Source: Lytechinus pictus (lineage: Eukaryota). From it: a stretch of DNA of 64,000 bases. The position numbers and the translations under genes were made by a program. Location: contig NC_087251.1 of NCBI RefSeq assembly GCF_037042905.1, positions 29,824,001 to 29,888,000 of the forward strand. The letters are read 5' to 3'. Shown piece after piece: positions 1 through 14,200 of the stretch. Below the pieces are notes generated by a model. That model had not been told where the DNA came from. It was given only the letters and a program-made list of their open reading frames with translations, and searched no databases. The number at the start of each line of letters is the position of its first letter. The first letter of the stretch is position 1.

Positions 1-128
1 GGTGATGAAAAATCAAACAACAAACAAACTATTACCACCATGACACCTTCCCACCACTACACCATCATTATACCATTATAATCACTATACCACCTTTGTC
101 GTCATCAGCGTCAGCATCGTCGTCATCA

Positions 129-3045
129 AATTTAGAATGTATTTGGTTTGAATTGCATTATCCAAACAAGTCTCCAATTCTGGTTGGGGAGTTTTATAGA
201 CCTCCGAATTCTCATGTTGATTTCTTTGAAGAATTAGACAGAAACTTGGACGCTGCTCTCTTGGAAGATATGAGCAGTATTATTTTGGGTGATTTCAACT
301 GTGATTGTATGCCACAACAAAATGATGTGAATGGGGAAAAAATAACGTTTTATACAAATATGTACGGGCTGAGTCAGCTAATTGATACTGCTACAAGAGT
401 TACAAATACCTCTGCCACTTTAATTGATTTGATATTTGTATCAGACAAAGAACTATACAGTGAATGGGGTATATTTGAAACTAGTATAAGTGATCATTAT
501 ACAATTCGCGATTTCAGTGCTAAGATGTATAAAGATTCCGAATATGCAGAATTTCGTTCATTTAAAAATCTTGATGAGGAATCATTTTATAGTGAATTGA
601 GAAATATTCCTTGGCAGGTCGTAAAAGATATAGATGATGTTGATGTTGCTTGGGATGTATGGTTGACTTTTTTCAATGATGTAATCAACAGGCACATTCC
701 CTTTTGTAAAAGGCGGATAAGAAAAAAAGCTTGTCCTTGGATATCTGACGAGGTCGTCAAGCTAATGAAGGAACGTGATAAGGTTCTAAAAACAGCTAAA
801 GCTAACAAAAATAATGATATTTGGGACACATACATATTTCTGAAAAATAAAGTTATTCATCTCATGAGAAAAAGTAAAAAAGAATATAATGCAAACCAGA
901 TTTCACAAAATCATAACAATAGTAAGAAAATGTGGAGATGTTTGAGAGAACTTGTGCCCAAGTCATTACCTATTTCTCCCAACACCATAAACGTAGATGA
1001 AACAGATGTGTCGGGCAATGCAAATATTGCTGAAGCATTTAATGAATTTTTCATTTCAAATGCTACTAATATTACTAAGGGCCTGCAAAGGGATACGTCT
1101 CAACAGATAGTTCAAGTAGATGATACAAATGTTGGTTCAATTCACTCTCAATTTGAGCTAAAGTTGATTACAAGAGATTTTGTTTTGAAACAGATTGATA
1201 ATCTAAGTATAGATAAATCAACTGGGGAAGATCATGTCAGCTGCAAACTTTTAAAGATGACAAAAAATGTTATCGCAGAGTCCCTTTGTGATATTATTAA
1301 CAAATCCCTTTCTACTGGAGTTGTTCCTCATGAATGGAAAAAGGCTCGGGTAGTACCAATATTTAAATCTGGTGATATGTCTTCGTTGAATAATTACCGC
1401 CCCATTTCTATATTACCAATCGTGAGTAAAATTTTAGAAAGGGCTGTTCACCAACAGCTAAGTGAATTCTTGGACGTGAATGATTTATTACACCCAAATC
1501 AATCTGGTTTTCGGCCTATGCATTCAACAACTACTGCCCTTGCAAAACTTGTAAATCAGTGGTCGTTAAACATTGATAACAATTTAATTTCTGGAGTTGC
1601 GTTCATAGATCTTCGGAAGGCCTTTGATACCGTGGACCATGAGCTGCTTTTAAAGAAATTAGCTTGCATTGGTTGTAGTAATAGGACTATCACTTGGTTC
1701 AAATCATATTTATTTGATCGACAACAAGTGACACAATTCAAAGGAGCCAAATCGCACCCTTCAATAGTCAAATTAGGCGTGCCACAAGGGTCAATTCTAG
1801 GTCCCCTTTTATTTTCAATATATGTTAATAGTTTACCTAAATGTATTCATGAAGGTATCATAGATATGTACGCTGACGACACTTACCGTCAGTGCGAATG
1901 ATGCGACAGTTTTGGAAGAAAAATTAACTGTTGCATTAAACAAGGTCATGGCATGGATTAAAGATAATCAGCTCGTCCTCAACACTGAAAAAACTTGTGT
2001 CATGATAATAGGTTCTCGTGCTAATCTCAGGAAAATAGATTCTTTCACGATTTCGTTAAACGGTGATTTGATAAATAGAGTTCAATTCACCAAATGCTTA
2101 GGAGTTTTGATAGATGAAGAACTGAAATGGTCAAAACAATTGAAAATGTATGTAAACTTACTCAGAAAAGTATTGGCATAATAAAGAGAGCGAAAAGTTA
2201 TTTGCCTGTGCAGTCCTTAAAGTTGCTTTATAACAGTTTAGTGTTGCCAAGATTTGATTACTGTTCTGCTGTATGGTCGAATAGATTTCAATCCCATACA
2301 ATTAAGCTGCAAAAAATTCAGAAGAGGGCTGCAAGAATAGTATTGAACAAGACATACGACACACGTCGGCTGATTTGTTCGCAAGTCTTAAATGGATGAC
2401 ACTAGACAAACGATTTGAGCTCAGTCGCGTTTTGATGATATATAAATGTGTTCATAATTTAGCACCTTCTTACCTTCAGGTAAACTTAACCAATCCAAAT
2501 TATGTACATGAACATCATACCAGACAGAGAGACAGTGGATATTTACGCGTGCCCAAGTTTCGCACTGATTGTTATAAGTGTAGTCCAATTGTATCTTCAA
2601 TATTTGAATGGAATAAGCTTGATAATTCAATTAGAACAGCTCCTTCTGTCATTTCATTTAAGAGAATGTTTAGAAGAACTTGTAATTTATAAATAACTTG
2701 CGAAACATCCACTGTTGTGCGTATTTTGTGTTAGCATGACCTTGATGATTTGGTTTATATTATTAGTATTTTCAAGATGTCGTTCTTAGTTAATTTGATT
2801 TATTGATATGTGATTATACGTCAAATGAGTGCCCGTCTGCGTTTTGTTTGCTGCTAAGTTTGTTAATGTTTCGTTTTACATTCAAATCCTAATGTGAATC
2901 TTAATGCCGTAACATTCTGTACATACGTTATGCATTTTGTAAATATGTTTATTGTTATTCAGGGCCCCATGGAAGACCACTACTTATTGGTGAATGGGCT
3001 ACCCTGTCAAAATATCAGAAATAAAATAAAATAGAATAAATAAAA
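129..3045 (+). mobile_element. 5'-truncated, frameshifted CR1/L2-group non-LTR retrotransposon (partial APE endonuclease + reverse transcriptase)
   Basis: ORFs 96-1901, 1912-2181, 2127-2399 and 2375-2692 join across frameshifts. APE motifs: YRPP, GDFN, LID, SDH. RT motifs: NYRPISIL, QSGFR, DLRKAFDTV, GVPQGSILGPLLF, YADD. 3' stem-loop-like cagggcccc...ggctaccctg and (AATAA)n tail to 3045. Boundaries confirmed by the empty paralogous site at 35802/35803. Confidence 0.93.
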
Positions 3046-3142
3046 CTAACATCAGATACTTTAGATAATTCTTCCCGAAACGACATCACTTTTATCTCTA
3101 CAATCGCGCCATTTTTAATCATTATATCGAATCAACTACTTT

Positions 3143-3480
3143 GAAAATGAAAAATATTATTCCACATACTACCCTTGTCACACTATACAATTCATTAATA
3201 TTACCTTATTTATCGTACTGCAATATAGTTTGGGAACCTGTGCAAAAACTAAAATTAATACAATATACTTACTACAGAAAAAAAACATTCCAATTTGTAG
3301 GCCTACTGATTCGCAATATTTATCACACACAAACCCATTATTCCATAAACTATAGACTCTAACAGTATTTGACATAAATTCACGTCAAAGTTTACTGCTG
3401 ATGTTCAAGTACGTAAACAATATGCTTTCACCTTCGTTCCACAAGTTTTATACAATAAACATATATATTTATTCATACCC
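3143..3480 (+). pseudogene. degraded 3' fragment of a second CR1/L2-group LINE
   Basis: Translated LYNSLILPYLSYCNIVW and HTxPLF-type RT C-terminal motifs, broken by frameshifts. Confidence 0.7.
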
Positions 3481-3485
3481 TGTTA

Positions 3486-3645
3486 TAACCTCGGTCACAT
3501 TTGCTCTACGGCGGTCGTACGGCCAGTCGAAAACAGCCGTTTTAACATTTTTAGTACTAGCTACATAAAGGTGGTTTGAATAAAAATGAAAAAACGGCTG
3601 TTTTCGACTCGCCGTACGGCGGCCGTAGAAATGTGACCGAGGTAT
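3486..3645. mobile_element. small palindromic MITE
   Basis: acctcggtcacatt...gtacggc..gtcgaaaacagccgtttt is mirrored by aaaacggctgttttcgac..gccgtac...aatgtgaccgaggt. Confidence 0.75.
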
Positions 3646-3649
3646 TACA

Positions 3650-5346
3650 ACCGATAATGTCGCAGCGACGCTAATGTCGTAACTGCGACATTATGCGTTG
3701 GATGATTCTGGCATAATGTCACAGTCAACGCATAATGTCGTAGCTTAAATTACTAACGCATAACGTCGCAAGTCTTAACGCATAATGTCGCAGCGGTATT
3801 TTATCCAGGAATCGAGATGCAGATAAGATATATTTTCACTCAGTAATTCATTCAAGCTCTGTCATCTGAAAGTTTTTGAAAGTGTGTTTGGTAGTACAGG
3901 CGCGAATGCAGGGGGGGCAGTATTGAATTCATTATGATGAAGAGTGGTCACATTTTAAAAATTCATATTTTATCGTTGTTCTTGACATTTTAAGAAAGAA
4001 ATTATATTTCGTATTGTAACTCGGAATGTACCGTATAAACAATAATTTTAAAGCGATAGGTCCTATACGAATCTCCCATGGGGGAGAGGGTAGCATGTGA
4101 TAAATTAATAACAATATGGTACGTAGCGGGAGGGGGCAGAATGAATGCCCCCGGAAAAAAAGTGAAAACCTTCCTTTATAACTGAAAAGTTTCACAAACT
4201 TCACTAAAATGTGCAAGAAATCTTTAGATTCGTTTTTCACATTATCACATCCCCTCCTCATAGAAAAAACTCTGTGTATGTATTTTTTTTTAAATAAAAA
4301 TAAAATAACTGGGCATTACAATGTTTTACATGCATTGACAACCTTTTTTCGTTTATCTTCTAAACAACGAGAGCCCTCGAGCAGTGGCGGCACCAGGATT
4401 TCAAAACTGGTGGGTGGCAAAGGAAACGGGATAGAGGGGACTAAAATTTATTTTGCATGTTTCACAGAATGGAGTGTGAAGCGCGACTAGGGCGCTGGAT
4501 CCAGCTTTTGGGTCCCTGCTGGAGTCCAGGGTCAGAGCACGCATGTACTTGTTTCTAATACAGTATATAAAGGGGGTGGGGCGCAGAATGTTTTCATTCA
4601 CGATTCCCCGATGGGCCGCTAGAAGCCAATTTTTGATGTTGGTTTATAGAGGGAGCAGTCCCAACTAAAGGCTGAAGTTTCAAGAGCATTTAATTAGCTT
4701 TATTCTTACAAACAAGATAGGCTATCTCACATTGCCTATATAGATCATGAGAGCGCGAAGCGCGAGCACAACTTTTTGGATATTTGATGCATTTAGACCA
4801 AAGCAATAAACATTCTGAGCAGTTTTTGGCAGTATAAGATATCCGAGCGCGAATAGCGCGCTAAATTTTTAATATATTGATGACACATTCTGAGTAACAA
4901 TACGAAATATGATTTTTTTTATCAAAATGTCATGAACATCAATGAAATGTAACTAAATTTGTATTCAATTTTCAGCTAGATGACTTTACTCTAGACTCCT
5001 GCAAAATAAGTTGAATTGCATGTATAGCGATATGCACCGATGAACCGTGATATGCGTATACTTGCGTTTCACTAGTCCATACATTACAATTTTTCAAAGC
5101 CCATCCCCTTCTCCTGACAATGAATTCGATACTGACCCCCTCCCCTGCCCACCAAACACGCTCTTAAAAACGTTCAGATGACAGAGCTTGCACAAATTAA
5201 TCAGTGGAAACATATTTTATGTCTTATATTTAACTCGAGTCCTGAAGCGAACGCCGCTGTGACATTATGCGTTAAGACTTGTGACGTAATGCGTTAGTAG
5301 AAAACCTACGACATTATGTGTTGACTGTGACATTATGCGTTGGACG
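3650..5346. mobile_element. non-autonomous TIR element with reiterated ACGCATAATGTC subterminal motifs
   Basis: 3711-3797 is the reverse complement of ~5254-5340. A miniature self-inverted version lies at ~3650-3702. Other interspersed repeats lie inside (e.g. from 4382). Confidence 0.7.
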
Positions 5347-6470
5347 CTCTTTAGTCCAGTCATTTTAGCCCAAATTTTGACCAAACTTGGAAAAAATTGC
5401 AACATATTTTTTTTCACCACAATTCATTTCTGTGAGGTCCCTAGTACAACATACTAAAAGTCCCAAACTATCCGAATAGGGGAAATGCATCTAATTTGCA
5501 TAAATCCAAGATGGCTGCCAAAATTAATTGGTCTGCCTTATCCTTCATATTTTTTGTACAGATAATGGGAAAATCTTGAAATGAATATCACTATGATAAA
5601 GATATTATAAATCGATTGCAATCGTTTTCGGGACTGTCCAGTTAATATTTTTCGAAAAATGTGAGAATTTATGCCAAAATTTCCATGTTTTCGGTCAAAT
5701 ATTTGCATGTATATTGAAATCTTTCTGTTTTATCATTAGCATCAACAACTAATGCAAAATATCAGCATTCGACAAGAAAAGGGATATATCAACGAGAAAA
5801 TGTATATGCTTCATAACAGTATTAAAGTCTTAACTTGCTCAAATGAAGGGTAATTACATCCGAATGTATTACTCGATATTGCTGTCAGAATAAATAAGAA
5901 AATTTAATTGATTTTTTATTATTTCCTCATTGTAGAGGGCGTTTGAAAATATTTCCTAGGTCTCATTAGAATATGCAAATAAGTAAGGGTGTGGTTCGAT
6001 ATCATAGGTCTGAAGGTTTACGTATCAAGCTCATACGGTGCAGTTGATTTTTGATCTGGCTAGGGACGGTTAGGTGTGAGAGTGACCCTATATCTTGCCG
6101 GTATGAGTGTTGTGGAATTGGTGACTTATCAGAGCCTTGATTTATGAATTCGGCTACCAGCATTTTTTCTTCAGGCAACACCAGGTCGCTGAGGTTTTCT
6201 CCATTTCCGTCAAGCCCTATTTTCCTGCCATTAACATGATTTTGCCTATATAAACGTGAGTACGCATTTTGTTTCGTAATCTAAGCACCAGAAATAATTG
6301 TAAACGATTATTTTAACAAAATGAAGATATTTCTAATTTGTGTAGAAAGAAGACATTGAAAGTATTATTTTAACAAAATGAAATATTCCATTTCTATGCG
6401 AATTTTATGTACAAGTAAAACAGCCGTACGAAACGAGAGAAAATCAGTATCGATGGTCGTGATGAATTGA

Positions 6471-7459
6471 TTTTTTTTTTGTAGTAAGTAGTTTTTATTG
6501 ACAACTTCAATTCATATACAAAATAAAATATATATAACAAATAGAAGTTTGATGTCTTCACAAATTGATAAATACCTTGACAACTTATAAATTTAACATT
6601 TTTTTTCTTGAATGTTACAATAAAACACGATCATGTCAGACAGCTTCTAAAACATAATTATAAATAACATTGATAATAATAATATGCATTAAGAATAAAC
6701 TTCTACAATAAATTCAACATATTGAATTTTTTTCAGTGTCAAATACACAAAAATAAATAATTAATAAAACCTAACGAATTGAAGCCATCAGCATATTTTT
6801 TTTTAAAAACCCATCGCCTCGGCCTCTTCACTCAAATAAAATCAATCTCAACAAAAAACTCAGCCCTGGACCATTCCCCCTCCCCCGACCCTCCCTAAAA
6901 CACCCCCATCCCCTATCTGGTGGAGAGCTGGCTCTGGGCTCCAATAAATGGTCTAATAATTAAGTTTTCCCATTTAGAGAAATGGATTGTAAGAGTCCCC
7001 CTCTTTGTTGCTAAATTATTTTCTTCTCTTTGATCCCCCCTAATGCTATTTTTTATTTCATTCAATGAAGGAGGTTTTTTTAATTCTCGGTTTTTGTAAA
7101 TAAGATATTTAACTAAAATCAAAACATGATTAATTAATTGATATTTACCTTTACTTTTCTCCTGCTTCCCGAAAATAATTTCCTGCCAACTAAATTTATT
7201 TATTTCAAAATTTAAACTTCTTGCACACAGATCCCAAACACAGATCCCAAAGTGATTTTGAAAATTCACAAGTATAAAATAGATGTTCATACGTTTCTTC
7301 TTCCTTTTCACAAAATGAGCATAAATTGGTCGAAACAAGACCAAAACGGAAAAGGTGGTGGTTAGTGTATATAATATTATGCAAGAGTTTATACTGAAAC
7401 TCCCTTAATCGACTATTCAGTGTGCAATATCTTAGTCTTAAAAATATACTTTCTACTTC
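6471..7459 (-). mobile_element. Tx1-clade LINE copy C: short 5'-truncated 3' end of a diverged subfamily
   Basis: Translates to ...LRYCTLNSRLREFQYK...CSFCEKEEETYEHLFYTC...KWENL, homologous to the copy A C-terminus including the CCHC knuckle. Distinct 3'UTR. A10 tail at 6471-6480. A small internal duplication near 7227-7251 causes a frameshift. Confidence 0.88.
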
Positions 7460-10400
7460 TTTTTTTTTTTTTTTTTTTTTAAAGGATGTTTTATTGTATT
7501 CTCTCAAATCAAAATAAACATTCACATTCCATAAGCAAGTTGTACAAACTATTTGAAACATGATTATAAATTATACAATAAATCCATAACAAATATAATC
7601 ATACAAACTATACATCAAACTTCAAAGATACTAGAAATTAATACTAATGCGTTTCAGCAATTACAAAATGAAATATTAACAAGATGTATGAATGATAAGA
7701 GAGAAAAAAAAGATAAAAAGTGTTGTTCTACCTCCCAACCCCCCCCCCCCCGTCCCTAGGTTAGGAGCACCCTCCCCTTTTTATGCCTATACTCTACATG
7801 TAAGGGACTACAATTCTCCGTATTTATTTATTTTTTTATTTTTTGTGTGGTTTTGTCTCTCGTTGTATATATACCTTTGCCTCACTCTCCCTATATATTC
7901 TTTTAATTCAGATTTTCCCATTTCCTTAAATGTAGAGACATCTTACCTCTACCTAGCGCCAGCCTTCTTTCTTCCCATTCTTCTTCTTTAAATTTCCTTT
8001 TAATTTCATCCATGGTTATAAGTGCACCCTTTTCCCTCCCTTTGAAGATTAAAAATTTAACAAAGATTAGAAAATGATTGACTAAACGTTCCTTTCCTTC
8101 GTCCTTTAATTCTACACCTACAAGAATTTCCTCCCAGCTTAAATTGCCCGTCGAAATAAAACCAAACATCTTCTTACAATTATCCCAAACCAGACAAGCA
8201 TATTCACATTCCAAAAATAGATGGCGATATGTTTCTTCCTCTTTTTTTACAATAACAACAAAGATTATTCTGTGAGATTTTAAAACGGAACAAGCGATGC
8301 CGTGTAACATTTTAAACTGAAACTCTCTTAATCTACTGTTCAGAGTACATTGTCTTGGTCTCATAAAAATGTGTTCAATCCTTTCATAAGAAAAACTATA
8401 TTTGTTTTTTAACCTTTCGAAAACATCAGGTATTGTGAAGTTACATTTCATAAAATTTGCATAAACGTTTTTAGATACTAACTCCTCTATTGACAAAATT
8501 CTTTTTCCAGATATAAATGATATTTCTTCCCTAAGAGAAGCCTCTTTGCTATCTATTTTCATATTTCGTTTCCAGCTGACTGGAAAAGTTTTATAAATTG
8601 ACTCTATCAAATGAAAATCATTTATGTTTAAACCCTGTCTTTGGAAGTACGAAAATGACCTTAAGTTTCCATCACAATCCATAATATGTTTCAGTCTGTA
8701 AATATTTTTTTCATATAATTTTTGGTTAAATATGCATTTCCCTTCAATTCGTACAAATTTATTGTTAAAAAATATCTCATTTCCTTTATATGTTTCAGAT
8801 TTTAATCGAAAATCCTTCGTCTCTATCCATACTTCTAGCAAATCTATATAAAATTGCGGCAATGCTATCTCCAACACTCCAAGCAAATAATCGCATGAAA
8901 ATATGAAATTTCCTCCTAGATGTTTTGTGGCATAATTGAAATATTGTTTCCATTTCATTGCATTATTTTCTTTTAGTCGTTTAATCCACATAACTCTCTG
9001 TGCCTTTATTAACCATTGAAAATTCATAATTTTCAAGCCGCCTTGATGGTAATCTAAATACATCGTTCTTTTGTTGATCTTATTTCTGCCAACCCACAAA
9101 AAAGTAAAAAGCCAACTGATCAAGTTCAACATAAACCCATCCTGGGATTGGTGTGAGAGATGCCACATATATGAATTTTGAAAAGATAAATTGCTTTAAT
9201 AATTGTATTTTGCCCATCAAAGTTAAATCTCTTTGCTTCCACCAGTTTAACAACTTCTTTATTTTACTTAATATTTCTTTATAATTCAATCTTTCTTTTA
9301 CTTCTACATCTAAAGAAAAAAATACACCGAGAATCTTTATAAAACCCACCTTTTGGCCAAAAGATAAATCATATGATTTTCCTTGAGAGGAACCTAGTAA
9401 TAAAACCTTCGTCTTATCGCTATTAACTCTAAGTCCTGATACTTTTCTGAATTTTTCTAAAATTTCTATTACTTTTTTGACTGAATCTAGATCTCGGACA
9501 AAAATAGACATATCATTTGCATACAAAACCTGTTTTACTTCTTCCTTTCCAAAGGAAATTCCTTTAACATCATTATTATATCTTATATCATGCGCTAATA
9601 CTTCTATGCATAAAATGAAAAGATATGGTGAAAGCGGATCTCCCTGCCTTACCCCTCTTTCCACATGAAAATAGCTTGTAGAATCTCCTCCATTAAAAAT
9701 ACAACTTTGGCTATTTGTATACAATATTTTGACCCATTTGCGAAATTGCTGGCCAAAACCGAATGAACCTAATGTGTGATGTAAAAGTTTGTGGGATATC
9801 GAATCAAAGGCTTTTTCTAAATCAATTGCTATCATATACCCAGGGATATTATTATATAACGTATGAAAAAGCATATCATCAATTAATCTGATAGCTTCTC
9901 CTATATTCCTGTTTTTAATAAATCCTATTTGATCTGCTAATACAACGCTTTCCAAAACCTCTTTAATTCGTTTTGCTAAAACTTTGGATATGATCTTATA
10001 ATCTGTATTCAATAACGAAATGGGTCTATAATTCTTTAAGTAATGTGGGTCTTTCTCTTCTTTAGCTAATAAAATAATAATTGCTTGTTTTTGTGATGCA
10101 GAAAGTTCTCCAAGAGCAAAAGCTTCATTGAATGCCCCAATCAATACATCCTTTATTTCAGCCCAAAATGTACAATAAAATTCAACTGTTAACCCATCGT
10201 TTCCAGGGGATTTATTTTGCTTCATTTCTTTCAGTACCGAAATACACTCCTCTTCTAATATATCCCCTTCACAGCTTTCAGAATCTTCAGATGTTAACGT
10301 TGGTACATTTTTAAAGAAATCCCTAAAATCTTCCGTGTATTCCCTAGCATAAAGATGGGTATAAAATGATTTAATTTCATTTAAAACTTCTTTCTCATTT

Positions 10401-11257
10401 TCAGTAATTTCTTCGTTAACCTTAACTAATTTTGTAATAGTACTTTTCTTCTTGTTAGATTGTAATAGTTGACTAAAGTACCTTGTATCCCTTTCTCCAC
10501 TTTCGTACCATGTTGCACGAGACCGAATTTTAATACCTTCATTAATATACTCGTAACTGTCTGCAAGTTCTTTCCTTTTCTTTTCTATCTTTTTAATCAA
10601 TTCTTCATCTACTGAATTTACGCAACTACCTTCTAAACATTCCAATTCCTTTTCGAGAGATTCTTTTTTAATTTTCTTTACCTTAGCCAGTTTTTTCGAA
10701 AAAGTTCTTGTGAAAGACATTATTTTCATTTTCAAATAATCCCATACAACTCTTCTATCTTTAACTTCTGTCTTTATTTTCTCCTTCAATGTAAGTATTT
10801 CTATTTTCATCTTTTTCACATATTCTACATTACCACAAAGGCTATTATTAAATTTCCAATAAGAACCATTCTTTTTACGCATTTCCTTATCAGTTTTATC
10901 ATACAAGAACAAAAATATAGCTGAATGGTCAGGAGCTAAAGATGGTAAAATTTTGCACCTAATAACAACATTTACCAATTCATCTGATATTAGCCAATGA
11001 TCTAATCTGCTTTGCATAAACGGATTATTTTTAGTGAAGGTAAATTGTCTTTTCAATGGATTTCTCTCCCTCCATATGTCTATCAATTGTAGTTCCTCCA
11101 TAAAATTTTCTACGTCTTTACTAACCTTGTCATGTAATTTTTGTTTCACTGTTCCATTATAATCTAATTCAGAATTCATAATAATATTAAAATCTCCTCC
11201 CATTAAAACAGGTTTGTTACAACTATTTATTTTGTTTAATTTTATAAGCATATCCTT
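7460..11257 (-). mobile_element. Tx1-clade LINE copy B: 5'-truncated, inactivated close relative of copy A
   Basis: Colinear with copy A from A position ~15060. RT YADD is mutated to YAND. +1 frameshift near 9110. ~20-nt deletion near 8290 scrambles the CCHC region. AATAAA and A21 tail at 7460-7480. Confidence 0.93.
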
Positions 11258-11258
11258 C

Positions 11259-14200
11259 TTTTTTTTTTTTTAAAGGATGTTTTATTGTATTCTCTCAAAT
11301 CAAAATAAACATTCACATTCAATAAGCAGGTTGCACAAACTATTTCAACATGATCAAAAATTATACAATAAATCCATGACAGTTATAATTATACAAATTA
11401 TACATCAAACTTCAAAGATACTAGAAATTAATACTAATGCATTTCAGCAATTACAAAATGAAATATTAACCAGATGTATGAAGTGATAAGAGAGAAAAAA
11501 AAGATAAAAAGTGTTGTTCTACCTCCCAGCCCCCCCCCCCGTCCCCAGGTTAGGAGCACCCTCCTCTTTTTATGCCTATACTCTACATGGAAGGGACTAC
11601 AATTCTCCGTATTGATTTTTTTCTGTGTATTTTTTGTGGTTTTGTCTTTCGTTGTATATATACATTTGCCTCACTCTCCCTATATATACTTTTAGTTAAG
11701 ATTTTCCCATTTCCTTAAATGTAGAGACATCTTACCCCTACCTAGCGCCAGCCTTCTTTCTTCCCATTCTTCTTCTTTAAATTTCCTTTTAATTTTATCC
11801 ATGGTTATAAATGCACCCTTTTCCTTCCCTTTGAAGATTAAAAATTTAACAAAGATTAGAAAATGATTGACTAAACGTTCCTTTCCTTCGTCCTTTAATT
11901 CTACACCTACAAAAATTTCCTCCCAGCTTAAATTACTCGTAGAAATAAAACCAAACATCTCCTTACAATTATCCCAAACAAGACAAGCATATTCACATTC
12001 CAAAAATAGATGGCGATATGTTTCCTCCTCTTTTTTACAATAACAACAAAGATTATTCTGTGAGATTTTAAAACGGAATAAGTGATGATTTGTATAAGCA
12101 ATGCCGTGTAACATTTTAAACTGAAACTCTCTTAATCTACTGTTCAGAGTACATTGTCTTGGTCTCATAAAAATGTGTTCAATCTTTTCATAAGAAAAAC
12201 TATATTTATTTTTTAACCTTTCGAAAACATCAGGTATTGCGAAGTTACATTTCATAAAATTTGCATAAACGTTTTTAGATACTAACTCCTCTATTGATAA
12301 AATTCTTTTTCCAGATATAAATGATATTTCTTCCCTAAGAGAAGCCTCTTTGCTATCTATTTTCATATTTCGTTTCCAGCTGACTGGAAAAGTTTTATAA
12401 ATTGACTCTATGAAATAAAAATCATTTATGTCTAAACCCTGTCTTTGGAAGTACGAAAATGACATTAAGCGTCCATCATAATCCATAATATGTTTCAATC
12501 TGTAAATATTTTTTTCATATATTTTTTGGTTAAATATGCATTTCCCTTCAATTCGTACAAATTTATTGTTAAAAAATATCTCATTTCCTTTATATGTTTC
12601 AGATTTTAATCGAAAATCCTTCGTCTCTATCCATACTTCTAACAAATCTATATAAAATTGCGGCAATGCTATCTCCAACAATCCAAGCAAGTAATCACAT
12701 GAAAATATAAAATTTCCTCCCAGATGTTTTGTGGCATAATTGAAATATTGTTTCCATTTCATTGCATTATTTTCTTTTAGTTTTTTAATCCACATAACTC
12801 TCTGTGCCTTTATTAACCATTGAAAATTCATCATTTTCAAGCCGCCTTGATGGTAATCTAAATACATCGTTCTTTTGTTAATCTTATTTCTGCCACCCCA
12901 CAAAAAAGTAAAAGCCAACTGATCAAGTTCAACATAAACCCATCCTGGGATTGGTGTGAGAGATGCCACATATATGAATTTTGAAAAGATAAATTGCTTT
13001 AATAATTGTATTTTGCCCATCAAGGTTAAATCTCTTTGCTTCCACCAGTTTAACAACTTCTTTATTTTACTTAATATTTCTTTATAATTCAATCTTTCTT
13101 TTACTTCTACATCTAAAGAAAAAAATACACCGAGAATCTTTATAAAATCCACCTTTTGGCCAAAAGATAAATCATATGATTTTCCTTGAGAGGAACCTAA
13201 TAATAAAACCTTCGTCTTATCGCTATTAACTCTAAGTCCTGATACTTTTCTGAATTTTTCTAAAATTTCTATTACTTTTTTGACTGAATCTAGGTCTCGA
13301 ACAAAAATAGACATATCATCTGCATACATAACCTGTTTTACTTCTTCCTTTCCAAAGAAAATTCCTTTAACATCATTATCATATCTTATATTATGCGCTA
13401 ATACTTCTATGCATAAAATGAAAAGATATGGTGAAAGCGGATCTCCCTGCCTTACCCCTCTTTCCACATGAAAATAGCTTGTAGAATCTCCTCCATTAAA
13501 AATACAACTTTGGCTATTTGTATACAGTATTTTGACCCATTTGCGAAATTGCTGACCAAAACCAAATGAACCTAATGTTTGATGTAAAAAATTGTGGGAT
13601 ACCGAATCAAAGGCTTTTTCTAAATCAATTGCTATCATATACCCAGGGATATTATTATATAACGTATGAAAAAGCATATCATCAATCAATCTGATAGCTT
13701 CTCCTATATTCCTGTTTTTAATAAATCCGATTTGATCTGCTAATACAACGCTTTCCAAAACCTCTTTAATTCGTTTTGCTAAAACTTTGGATATGATCTT
13801 ATAATCTGTATTCAATAACGAAATGGGTCTATAATTCTTTACGTAATGTGGGTCTTTCCCTTCTTTAGCTAATAAAATAATAATTGCTTGTTTTTGTGAT
13901 GCAGAAAGTTCTCCAAGAGCAAAAGCTTCATTGAATGCCCCAATCAATACATCCCTTATTTCAGCCCAAAATGTACAATAAAATTCAACTGTTAACCCGT
14001 CATTTCCAGGGGATTTATTTTGCTTCATTTCTTTCAGCACCGAAATACACTCCTCTTCTAATATATCCCCTTCACAGCTTTCAGAATCTTCAGATGTTAA
14101 CATTGGTACATTTCTAAAGAAATCCCTAAAATCTTCCGTGTATTCCCTAGCATAAAGATGGGTATAAAATGATTTAATTTCATTTAAAACTTCTTTCTCA

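Noticed and set aside
96..128. Ser-rich N-terminus of the 601-aa ORF
   Set aside because: It derives from the flanking (TCG/TCA)n host sequence also present at 35.8 kb. The start is a TTG and is not part of the LINE.
9477..14117. Duplicated small plus-strand ORFs (63 aa and 60 aa)
   Set aside because: Antisense shadows of the Tx1 ORF2 in copies A and B.
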